Assembly: GCA_963695225.1 (NCBI GenBank)
Contig: OY968762.1
Location: 2,176,001 to 2,240,000 of the forward strand
DNA from: Vulcanimicrobiota bacterium
GTDB lineage: Bacteria; Vulcanimicrobiota; Vulcanimicrobiia; Vulcanimicrobiales; Vulcanimicrobiaceae
DNA length: 64,000 nt
Reading direction: 5' to 3'
Part shown: positions 21,616 to 29,537 of the stretch, piece by piece
Layout of the letters: each line of letters starts with the position of its first letter
How positions within the stretch are numbered: position 1 is the first letter of the stretch
Program-made: the position numbers and the translations under genes
The notes under the pieces: generated by a model
What the model saw: only the letters and a program-made list of their open reading frames with translations
Database searches by the model: none
Told to the model about the DNA's origin: nothing

Positions 21616-21792
21616 TTAGTGAGCGTCTAGCGACGTATCGCGTTCGCGCTCGCCTTCGGGCGCGGGGGCCGGCTTCGGCGCGCGTTCGTGTTCGTGTTCG
21701 TGATCGTGATCGGCGTGCCCGTGCTCGTGCGTGTGCGAGATGCCGTCGGCGTGCGCGTGCGCGTGGCTGTGTTCCTCTGCGTGCGATTCCAT
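21616..21792 (-). CDS. His-rich small peptide (58 aa, 14 His), putative Ni/Co-binding protein; below the ORF-track cutoff
   Basis: MESHAEEHSHAHAHADGISHTHEHGHADHDHEHEHERAPKPAPAPEGERERDTSLDAH*; AGGGAGA RBS 6 nt before the ATG. Confidence 0.75.
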   Translation of the reverse strand: MESHAEEHSHAHAHADGISHTHEHGHADHDHEHEHERAPKPAPAPEGERERDTSLDAH

Positions 21793-21978
21793 CGAGTATC
21801 TCCCTGGGATTCGACTGAAGGTTCGTTGGACCGGTCGCCGCGCCTGTGCGCAACCGGCCTCGAAGAGGCCCCGGGGGCGCTCCGGCCGCCGAGCGGCGTT
21901 CGAACGCGTCGTGGGCCTTCAGACCGGAGCGCCCGGCACCGATGTATGTAAGGTAGCCACGGTCGATGAAGGGACACG

Positions 21979-23007
21979 ATGCAGACATTCCCGCTGATCC
22001 TTGCGCTCGCGGCGCGTACGGACGAACGCTCCGCATTCGCGCGTCGCGCCGTCGTCCTCGCGGGCGTGCTCCTGCTTGGCGGATGCTCCCTGACGGGGGG
22101 AAAAGCCGCCGCGCCGACCACGACGGGTGCCGTCGCCGAGTACAAGATTCCGACGTTCGATTCGGCGCCGGACCACGTGGCGGTCGGTCCGGACGGTAAT
22201 CTCTGGTTCACCGAGTCGAACGGCAACAAGATCGGCAAGATGACGCCGGCGGGAGACGTCAACGAATACGATGTCCCGACGGCCGACGCGCATCCGGACG
22301 GCATCGTGGCCGGCCCCGACGGGAACATGTGGTTCATCGAGCGGACCGGGAACAAAGTGGCCAAGGCCACGCTCTCCGGTGCCGTCACGGAGTACCCGAT
22401 CCCGACGGCTGCCGCCGAGGCCATTGCGATCGCGCGCGGGCCGGACGGCAACCTGTGGTTCACCGAGCTCTTCGGCAACAAGATCGGCAAGATCACCACG
22501 GACGGCGCGATCGCGGAATATGCAGTGCCGACCCCGGACGGCGGACCACTCGGGATCTGCGCCGGCCCCGACGGCGACGTCTGGTTCACCGAAGCCAAAG
22601 CCTCGCAGATCGGCAGGATCACGAGATCGGGCACCGTCACCGAATACCGTGTGCCGACTCCGAACTCTCGTCCGTACTACATCGTCAAGGGCTCGGACGG
22701 CAACCTGTGGTTTACCGAGGGCTTCGGCAACAAGATCGGCAGGGTCACTCCGGCCGGTAGATTCACCGAGTACCCGGTGCCGACGGCGGGCAGCGGGCCG
22801 ATCGGCATCACGCCCGGACCCGGCGGCAACCTGTGGTTTACGGAATACTACGGCGCCAAGGTCGGCAAGATCACGCCGGCAGGGAAGTTCGACGAGTATC
22901 CGGTCCCGGCGACCGGTGCCTACATGTGGGACATCGTGACCGGCCCGAACGGCAACCTCTGGTTCACGGAGTTCGGCGCGAGCAACATCGGCACGATCGC
23001 GCCCTGA
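21979..23007 (+). CDS. Vgb-like 7-bladed beta-propeller lipoprotein (copy 1)
   Basis: Lipobox LLGGC; seven GPDGNLWFTE-type repeats about 42 aa apart; GAAGGGA RBS. Confidence 0.85.
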   Translation: MQTFPLILALAARTDERSAFARRAVVLAGVLLLGGCSLTGGKAAAPTTTGAVAEYKIPTFDSAPDHVAVGPDGNLWFTESNGNKIGKMTPAGDVNEYDVPTADAHPDGIVAGPDGNMWFIERTGNKVAKATLSGAVTEYPIPTAAAEAIAIARGPDGNLWFTELFGNKIGKITTDGAIAEYAVPTPDGGPLGICAGPDGDVWFTEAKASQIGRITRSGTVTEYRVPTPNSRPYYIVKGSDGNLWFTEGFGNKIGRVTPAGRFTEYPVPTAGSGPIGITPGPGGNLWFTEYYGAKVGKITPAGKFDEYPVPATGAYMWDIVTGPNGNLWFTEFGASNIGTIAP

Positions 23008-23054
23008 ACTCGATGATGATGATGATGACGATCGCACGACTTGGGAAGGGTGAC

Positions 23055-24044
23055 ATGCGCGCGGCAAAGCGGTTTTCAATCGCGGTGGGCGGCGGGGGTC
23101 TCCTCGCGACGGCGCTCCTGCTAGCCGGGTGCGGCGGCACGACGACGCCTGCCGTTACGAGTCCGATCACCGAGTACACGCTCAGCGGGACTGCCAAGTT
23201 CCCGGACTTCATCGCGGCGGGGGGCGACGGCAATCTCTGGTTCACGGAATACGGCGCGAACAAGATCGGCAAGATCACGACTGCCGGGGCCGTCACCGAG
23301 TACGCCGGCTTGTCGGCGTCCGCGCAACCGGCGGGGATCGCCCTCGGACCCGACGGGAACATATGGTTTACGGAGCAAGGCGCGAACAAGATCGGCAAGA
23401 TAACGCCCTCCGGCTCGGTCAGCGAGTACGGCGGACTGAGCCTGGGAGCGTCGCCGCTCGGCATCGTTGCGGGACCGGACGGGAACCTGTGGTTCGCCGA
23501 GACCGGGAGCAGCAAGATCGGCAAGATAACCCCGGGCGGCACGGTCACCGAGTATCCGACGACGGCGGCGGGGGCCGCTCCGGTGGGCATCGCGGCCGGT
23601 CCGGACGGGAACCTCTGGTTCACTGAGTACGCCGCGAACAACGTCGGCCGCATCACGACGACCGGCACCGTCACCGAGTTTCCGGTGCCGACGAGCGGCG
23701 CGGGGCCATACGGCGTCGCAGCCGGACCCGACGGCAATCTCTGGTTCACGGAACGGAACGGGAACAAGGTCGGGACGATCGCGACCGACGGGACCATCGT
23801 CGCCGAGCGTGCGCTGGTGTTTCCAAACTCGTACCCGATCGCCATCGCCGCCGGCCCCGGCGGGAACATGTGGTTCACGGAATACGGCTATAACCGCGTC
23901 GGAAAGTTCACGACGGCCGGCGCAATCTCCGAATACATCACTCCGACGGTCGGCCCCGGCCTCTGGGGTATCGCCGCGGGCCCCGACGGCAACATGTGGT
24001 TTGCCGAATACGGAGCGAACACCATCGGCAAACTCGTCCCGTAG
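23055..24044 (+). CDS. Vgb-like 7-bladed beta-propeller lipoprotein (copy 2)
   Basis: MRAAKR...LLLAGC lipobox; seven GPDGNLWFTE-type repeats; GGAAGGG RBS. Confidence 0.85.
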   Translation: MRAAKRFSIAVGGGGLLATALLLAGCGGTTTPAVTSPITEYTLSGTAKFPDFIAAGGDGNLWFTEYGANKIGKITTAGAVTEYAGLSASAQPAGIALGPDGNIWFTEQGANKIGKITPSGSVSEYGGLSLGASPLGIVAGPDGNLWFAETGSSKIGKITPGGTVTEYPTTAAGAAPVGIAAGPDGNLWFTEYAANNVGRITTTGTVTEFPVPTSGAGPYGVAAGPDGNLWFTERNGNKVGTIATDGTIVAERALVFPNSYPIAIAAGPGGNMWFTEYGYNRVGKFTTAGAISEYITPTVGPGLWGIAAGPDGNMWFAEYGANTIGKLVP

Positions 24045-24065
24045 AGAGCGACGGGCGAGAGTTCG

Positions 24066-25514
24066 TCAGCGGACCGGTGCCGCCGACTCGCGCCGCGGAG
24101 CGACGCGCGGCTCTAGAGCGACGCCGGTCGCGATCCCCACGAGCGCGAGCAGCCCGGTCCAGGTCGGGAGCTTCGCGAGCGTGTACGCGGTGCCGTTCGA
24201 CTGCATGAATTGCCGCACGAAGATGCCCCAGCTCTGCTGTGCGAGCGCGGCCGGATCGTAGCCGCGCGCCAGCGCCGCGGCCGGATCCGGGAAATCGACG
24301 AGGTACTGCGAGGGCCATACCGCGAGCACCATCGCCGCGCACGCCAGGGCGGCTGCGACGAGCGGCCGCCTGACGCCCAGCGTCCAAGCGAGCACGAGCG
24401 CGGCGAGCGCGACGAGCAGCGGAAACACCAACCCTAGATTGAGGAATTGCACCCAAGGGACCGCCGCGAGGCCGAGGACGCAGGCTAGCGCCGGACGGCG
24501 GTTCGGAAGCGCGACGTACAGGATCGCTGCGGCCGGAATCATCGCGGCCATCTGCAGCACGTGCACGAACGGCCCCCCTACGAGCGTGAAGACGGGCGGC
24601 AGCGCGGCGAGCAGCGCCGGAGCGCCGAGCCGTTCCGCGAGCGCGCGCGCCACGAGCAATCCGAGCGCGAGCATCGCGAGATACGAGAAGGATCCCAGCC
24701 GCATCGCCGTTGCATCGGATGCGCCGAATTGATGCGCGAGCAACGTGAGGCTGAGTTGCTTCTCGTTGACGAGTTCGGAGAGCGTATGCGCGGGCACCAC
24801 GGCCCGCAGGTATTCGAGGTTGCGCGCGACGCCGCCGAGCGCGAGGGAGAGCGCTCCGAGCGCGGCCGCCGACGCCGACAAGATCGTCCGTGTCCGCGGC
24901 GCAAATAGGAAGAGCGAGAGGCACACGGGGAGGCCGAGGTGCGGCTCGATCATCGTGACGGCCGCGGCTGCGGCGGCGAGGCCGGGGCGGCCGCGCGCGA
25001 GCGCCCAGGCGGCGAACGCGAGCGCGGCGACGACGAGCGGGACGATCTGGCCGAGGCTCATCGCGGCGTACCCGTCGTTGAGCGCCAGCGCGGCAAGCAG
25101 GCCGGCGAGGGGGAGCCCGGTCAGGTCGCGCAACGCCCAAGCCGTGGCGACGACGCACGCGAGGGAGAGCGCGAGCCAGAACAGCGCGGCGGGGCCGTAC
25201 GGCGCGCGGGCGAGCAGCGCGAACGGCGCGAGCGCGTACGGCGGGAGCGGCGCCGGCATCGCGAGGTTGGGGATCCCGCTGTGCAGCCCGAACGGCTTCG
25301 GCGTCCGCTCGCACGAGCCGAGGGGTTCGGCGAGGTACGGATCGGCGCCGGCGTCGATCGCGGCGCCCGCGCAATAGAATGCGTTGAAGTCGCGCAGCGC
25401 GCCGGTCGGCTGCAGGTGCCGGCTCGCCGGCGCGAAGACGATCGCGACGATCAAGGCGGCGAGCGCAATGCCGATCGTGAGTGCTTCGCGGCGGTTCAGC
25501 GCGCGCGGAATCAA
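24066..25514 (-). CDS. Polytopic membrane protein, GT87/DUF2029-like (GT-C) glycosyltransferase; start uncertain
   Basis: DFNAFYCAG...G.DPY, P.PP...PFA.L, LGQ, many hydrophobic segments. Confidence 0.65.
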   Translation of the reverse strand: MIPRALNRREALTIGIALAALIVAIVFAPASRHLQPTGALRDFNAFYCAGAAIDAGADPYLAEPLGSCERTPKPFGLHSGIPNLAMPAPLPPYALAPFALLARAPYGPAALFWLALSLACVVATAWALRDLTGLPLAGLLAALALNDGYAAMSLGQIVPLVVAALAFAAWALARGRPGLAAAAAAVTMIEPHLGLPVCLSLFLFAPRTRTILSASAAALGALSLALGGVARNLEYLRAVVPAHTLSELVNEKQLSLTLLAHQFGASDATAMRLGSFSYLAMLALGLLVARALAERLGAPALLAALPPVFTLVGGPFVHVLQMAAMIPAAAILYVALPNRRPALACVLGLAAVPWVQFLNLGLVFPLLVALAALVLAWTLGVRRPLVAAALACAAMVLAVWPSQYLVDFPDPAAALARGYDPAALAQQSWGIFVRQFMQSNGTAYTLAKLPTWTGLLALVGIATGVALEPRVAPRRESAAPVR

Positions 25515-25739
25515 CCGGGGTTCCCCATCCTCTTCCTTATCGGCTTCATTGCCGGCGAAATGCGGTCGCCGGCCTCTGGCGGAGAGCAAGCGATCGCGCG
25601 CCGCCGCCGAAATCGTAACGGCACATTCCCAAACGGCGTTCGCGAGCGCGAATGCCGGAGTGCCGGCGGAGGAAGCGCACGCGGACATGGCACCCTCTCC
25701 CACGACGGAACGGCGTCAGCCGCGGGGTACGAACCGCTG

Positions 25740-26108
25740 ATGGACGAGCATTATGCGGGCGCCAGTTCCCTCGGAGCGATCCGGTACGACAAGCTCGTGC
25801 GGGACCGGATTCCGGAGATCGTCAGCGCGAGCGGGCTCGTCCCCGTCACGCGCACGCTCGGGGAGCGGGAATACATCGCGGCGCTTCGCGCGAAAGTCGC
25901 CGAAGAAGCAGCCGAACTCGCCGACGCCTCGGATGAGGAGCTCGTGAACGAGTTGGCCGATCTCCAGGAGGCCTGCGACGCGCTCGGCACCGCGCTGCAG
26001 ATCGCCCCTGAGGACGTCCGGCGCGCACGCGAAGAGCGCGCGCGTTCGCGCGGGCTCTTCGAAAAGCGCACGTTTCTGATCGAAACGCATCCGCGAGAGA
26101 AGCGCTAG
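25740..26108 (+). CDS. Predicted nucleoside triphosphate pyrophosphohydrolase (MazG-like all-alpha house-cleaning family)
   Basis: YDKLVRDRIPEI, KVAEEAAE, ELADLQE, RGLFEKRTFL. Confidence 0.8.
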   Translation: MDEHYAGASSLGAIRYDKLVRDRIPEIVSASGLVPVTRTLGEREYIAALRAKVAEEAAELADASDEELVNELADLQEACDALGTALQIAPEDVRRAREERARSRGLFEKRTFLIETHPREKR

Positions 26109-26109
26109 C

Positions 26110-27000
26110 CTGCAAAGCGGGGGGCCGGCGCCCGCGTTCGCTCGAACGCGCGAGCGGATCCTGGCGGAGATCGAGCGCGACGCCGCCAACCCGGCGCTCG
26201 ACGGGAGGGCGCTCCCGCGGTTCTACGATCACGGCGCCCCGGTCGAGCGCGCGGTCGTGCTGTTCCATGGCTTCACCAGCTGCCCGCAGCAGTTCGACGA
26301 GCTCGCGCGGCGCTTCCACGCAGCCGGTTGCAACGCATACGTGCCGCGCATCCCGCGCCACGGCTTGCGGGACCGGCTGACGCGGAATCTCGCGCAACTG
26401 ACGGTCGCCGAGTTGCAGGCTTCGGCGAACGAGGCGTACGAACTCGCGTGCGGTCTCGGCGCGCGCGTCAGCGTTCTCGGCATCTCGCTCGGCGGTTCGA
26501 TGGCCGCGTGGCTCGCGCAAACTGCGCCGCTCGACCTTGCGATCCCGGTCGCGCCGTTCCTCATGCCGATCCTGCTGCCGGAGGCGATCGGCCTGCCGGT
26601 GATGCGCCTCTTCGACGCGCTGCCGGACCTGTACGTGTTCTGGGATCCGCGCGTGAGGGAGAAGTGCCTCCCCGACTACGCCTATCCCGGATTTCCGACG
26701 CACGCCCTCACGCAGTGCATCTTCCTCGGCGACGCCGTGATCGAGCGAGCCGCGAAGGCGAAGCCGCTCGCACGTCGCTGCACGCTCGTGACGAACGCGA
26801 ACGAAAGCGCCGTCAACAACGGCGTCGCGCGCAGCCTCATGGGGACTTGGCGACGGGGCGGCGGGGATTACTCCGAACTCGTTCTCGAAGGCCTCGGCCC
26901 GCCGCGCCACGACATCATCGACCCGACGACGTTCCCCCAAGCACGCGCGCTCGTCTATCCGAAGCTGGAAGCGCTCGTCCTGGAAACGCCGACCGATTAG
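26110..27000 (+). CDS. Alpha/beta hydrolase (esterase-like); start uncertain, possibly CTG at 26110
   Basis: HGFTSCP, GISLGG nucleophile elbow, HDIID; frame is open upstream of the annotated GTG at 26257. Confidence 0.75.
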   Translation: MQSGGPAPAFARTRERILAEIERDAANPALDGRALPRFYDHGAPVERAVVLFHGFTSCPQQFDELARRFHAAGCNAYVPRIPRHGLRDRLTRNLAQLTVAELQASANEAYELACGLGARVSVLGISLGGSMAAWLAQTAPLDLAIPVAPFLMPILLPEAIGLPVMRLFDALPDLYVFWDPRVREKCLPDYAYPGFPTHALTQCIFLGDAVIERAAKAKPLARRCTLVTNANESAVNNGVARSLMGTWRRGGGDYSELVLEGLGPPRHDIIDPTTFPQARALVYPKLEALVLETPTD

Positions 27001-27006
27001 GCACAG

Positions 27007-27035
27007 TCGCCGCCGCCCTAGATCGGCGGCGGCGA
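27007..27035 (+). terminator. 11-bp GC stem-loop downstream of the esterase
   Basis: TCGCCGCCGCC-CTAGATC-GGCGGCGGCGA; weak U-tract. Confidence 0.45.
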
Positions 27036-27373
27036 TTCCGGTGCAAACGCGGTGCGACGCGGCGAGCGACCCCCGCGGGCCCGTGCGCGCTCGGGCTTTG
27101 CTGTCGGCGGTCTGGCCGCTATAGACGTTCTGCCCATGCTTAGGACAGCGGTACTGTGTCGCGCAATATTCTTGCAGCGAAGAGCAGAAAGCAATTCATA
27201 CGCACAGTCGCTTTGATCAGCGTCTCAAGCTCGCGCCAGTCGTTCGCTGCGCAGAAGCATAAGCTCCCCGAGCATTGGAGAAGCACTTTGCAGGCGCTGG
27301 CGTAGTCACCTAGCGTCTGTGCTCGCAACGGATATCCAGCGGCGGAGAATTGTGCGCTAGAGTTGCGCGTTCG

Positions 27374-28777
27374 TCAATGCGCGCCGAGCGCGGCGAAGAG
27401 CAAGAGCCAAATTAGCATTCCACCAACCGACAACGCCGGAACTTTTGAGAGGAAGCTGTCAGGTCCTCGATCGTCGTTCGGAAGGGGACGCCTTGCGGCT
27501 AAATACACCAGCAGCACGACAATCGGAAAAGCATAGAACGGGACAAGCATGAGCGCAGAGTACCGGGAGACCATGGTCTCGAGCACGCAGCCTCCCAAGA
27601 ACGCTGCAGACATGGCCCCCACTGCTCTCAGGAGAAACGCGCGTCCGGCGTCTGGGACGCCGGCAGCGAGACGGCGGGTCGCGTAGAGCACCCCGATTGC
27701 CGGAAGAAGCAGGAAGCCGTCGTTCAGAACGATGGCAGCTTCATCGAAATCCACCGAGAGCGGCAGCCCCGAGCTGTCGCGATAGCCCATTCTTTCCTCG
27801 GTTCCGGCGAGCGTTGTCACATCGCCATGAGGGCCGACCCGTAGGATGCTTCTGGAGTCGCCGACATAGACGATCCCGCTCCGGTCTACCGCGATTGTGG
27901 ACCCGCTGGTTGCGGCGACCGTGGTCACGACGCCGTCGATCGTGACCTTTCGAATCCGGCGGTTGGATCTGTCTACGACGAGGAGGTCACCACTTGGATC
28001 AAACGCGATCGCAGTCGGACCGCGGAAGCGCGCGGCGATCCCCCTTCCGTCTCGGTAACTCTCTTCCGAATAGTCGCGGCCGTTTCCCGCGATCGTCGTC
28101 ACGACACCGGCCGGCGTGACCTTTCGAATCGAGTCGTTGGCGGCATCGGCAACGTAGATATTGCCGTCCCGGCCGATGGCCAAGGCTGCAGGACTGGCAA
28201 AGCGGGCTGCGGACCCGGTGCCGTCGCGGAAGTCCCAGCCGCGTTCACCTGTGCTGGGCCTTCCGGCTAGCGTGGTTACGGCTCCGGACGGGGCGATCTT
28301 ACGAATGACATTATTGCCGTTGTCGGCAACATAAACGTAGCCGTCCGTATCTACGGCCACGCCGAGTGGGCGATTGAACTGCGCGTCGACGGCCGGACCA
28401 TCTCTGTAGCCGGCGCCCGCGTCGCTGCCTGCGAGGAGGGTGATCTTGCCGGTCGGCGTGATTCTCACGATGTGATTCGTTGCCGAATCTGCAGCGTAGA
28501 GATTCCCTCCCGCATCAAACGCCAGTCCTTCCGGATGCACGAGAAGCGCCTTCCAGGAGTTGTTCTTGAAGCCGCCTGCAAATGTGCTGACGGATCCGTC
28601 CGGCTTCATCTTTCGAATCGCGTGGTTTCCCCGATCGGCGATATAGAGGTCGCCCCGATCGTCCGTCGCCAGGCCCGCAACGCTCCAGAACTCCGCCCGA
28701 CACGCGGTGAGGAGCAACGTCGCGACGCAGATGCAGACGAGTCGCGTAACTCGAAAAGTGCCGAAGTTCTGTCGCAT
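27374..28777 (-). CDS. NHL-repeat beta-propeller protein with a lipoprotein-like signal and C-terminal transmembrane segments
   Basis: LLLTAC; repeats F..P.G.AVD..G..YVAD..N..IRKI...G.VTTLAG; hydrophobic C-terminus; codon usage visibly less GC-skewed than the flanks. Confidence 0.8.
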   Translation of the reverse strand: MRQNFGTFRVTRLVCICVATLLLTACRAEFWSVAGLATDDRGDLYIADRGNHAIRKMKPDGSVSTFAGGFKNNSWKALLVHPEGLAFDAGGNLYAADSATNHIVRITPTGKITLLAGSDAGAGYRDGPAVDAQFNRPLGVAVDTDGYVYVADNGNNVIRKIAPSGAVTTLAGRPSTGERGWDFRDGTGSAARFASPAALAIGRDGNIYVADAANDSIRKVTPAGVVTTIAGNGRDYSEESYRDGRGIAARFRGPTAIAFDPSGDLLVVDRSNRRIRKVTIDGVVTTVAATSGSTIAVDRSGIVYVGDSRSILRVGPHGDVTTLAGTEERMGYRDSSGLPLSVDFDEAAIVLNDGFLLLPAIGVLYATRRLAAGVPDAGRAFLLRAVGAMSAAFLGGCVLETMVSRYSALMLVPFYAFPIVVLLVYLAARRPLPNDDRGPDSFLSKVPALSVGGMLIWLLLFAALGAH

Positions 28778-28789
28778 TCAATGTCCCAT

Positions 28790-29400
28790 ATGCCCTATTG
28801 AAGGCGCTGCGGTCCAGGGCGAACCGCGCGACGACTGGGGCATCCGCGTTTCTTACGAGAGTTCCCAGCCGGATCGACGCCACGCCGCCCTCCAGCTTGG
28901 TAGCTCTCGGATCGAACAGGTCGCCGAGGCCCGGCAGGGCGAGCGTGCTGCTGAGGAGATGGATTGCCAGCCGGCTCGACGGGGCGTAGTACACCCGGAA
29001 GATCTCCGAGGGATGATGACGTCGCCCCACGTGTCTCTGCCGTCGCGCTTGAACCACAGGACCTTCGAGTTCTTGTACGTGGACGGGATGCGCAAGGTGT
29101 CCGGCGGGATCAAATAATGGTCCGTATCGATCCCTGCGTAGGCTGTCCCGATGAACAATTTTCCCGGGACATCGAGCGGGATCGTCGCGTACTCGAGGTC
29201 GTCGGGGTAGCCGCGTATCGCCCGCCCGTTCCGCCAGAGGTGGCCCAGCTTGAAAAGGGGCCACTCGGCGATGGAGAGGGAGACGGTCGAGTTGAGCCGC
29301 CGGTGGGCGTTCTCCTGGATGAGGACGTCCGCCATGGGGGTCGAGCGGTTCGCGTTGTGGCGGATGGGGCCGACCCGGGGCAAATTCGGCGGTTTTGGGC
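28790..29400 (-). pseudogene. Frameshifted, truncated fragment resembling the N-terminal domain of Tn7-family TnsE-like proteins
   Basis: Frame 1 ...SIAEWPLFKLGHLWRNG...TWGDVIIP continues in another frame as SEIFRVYYAPSSRLAIHLLSST...DAPVVARFALD; shift near 29010; resembles the TnsE IP..E..R...S......LSST pattern as I recall it. Confidence 0.5.
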
Positions 29401-29402
29401 CC

Positions 29403-29470
29403 CCAGTCCAGTTTACGCTGTCCATTCCGATTAAATCGTGTCCATTCCAGATAATTGCTGTGAATTTACA
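29403..29470 (-). mobile_element. Putative Tn7-family transposon end (TGT-N5 plus three tandem ~20-bp TnsB-like sites)
   Basis: Minus strand: TGTAAATT CACAGCAATTATCTGGAATG GACACGATTTAATCGGAATG GACAGCGTAAACTGGACTGG; exact 10-mer TGTCCATTCC at 29419 and 29439. Confidence 0.6.
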
Positions 29471-29472
29471 GC

Positions 29473-29501
29473 TTGCCCATTCCTAAAACGATGCGTATAG
29501 T
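29473..29501 (+). promoter_or_regulatory. Sigma70-type promoter of the dcw operon
   Basis: TTGCCC-N17-TATAGT upstream of mraZ. Confidence 0.65.
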
Positions 29502-29535
29502 GGGGGGAAGTGGAATAAAGTGGAGTAGGGTGGAG
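29500..29535 (+). promoter_or_regulatory. MraZ-binding repeats (four GTGG boxes at 10-bp period)
   Basis: GTGG at 29500, 29510, 29520 and 29530, directly before mraZ. Confidence 0.8.
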
Positions 29536-29537
29536 GA

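Noticed and set aside
23013..23027. His5 tract on the minus strand (CAT)5
   Set aside because: No start codon in that frame after the upstream stop.
21979..24044. CRISPR-like or tandem DNA repeats (recurring GGCAACCTGTGGTTCACCGAG)
   Set aside because: These are coding beta-propeller blade repeats with synonymous variation, not an array.
21979..24044. Streptogramin resistance (vgb) call
   Set aside because: Exported lipoproteins lacking the EPHG catalytic motif.
27102..27160. TGTCGGCG... and GGACAGCGGTACTG as a candidate left transposon end; loose similarity to the mraZ promoter
   Set aside because: No matching TnsB-like site after the terminus and no target-site duplication; could be chance.
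27140..27328. 62-aa minus-strand ORF in the A/T-richer stretch
   Set aside because: No RBS, motif or codon-pattern support; left uncalled.
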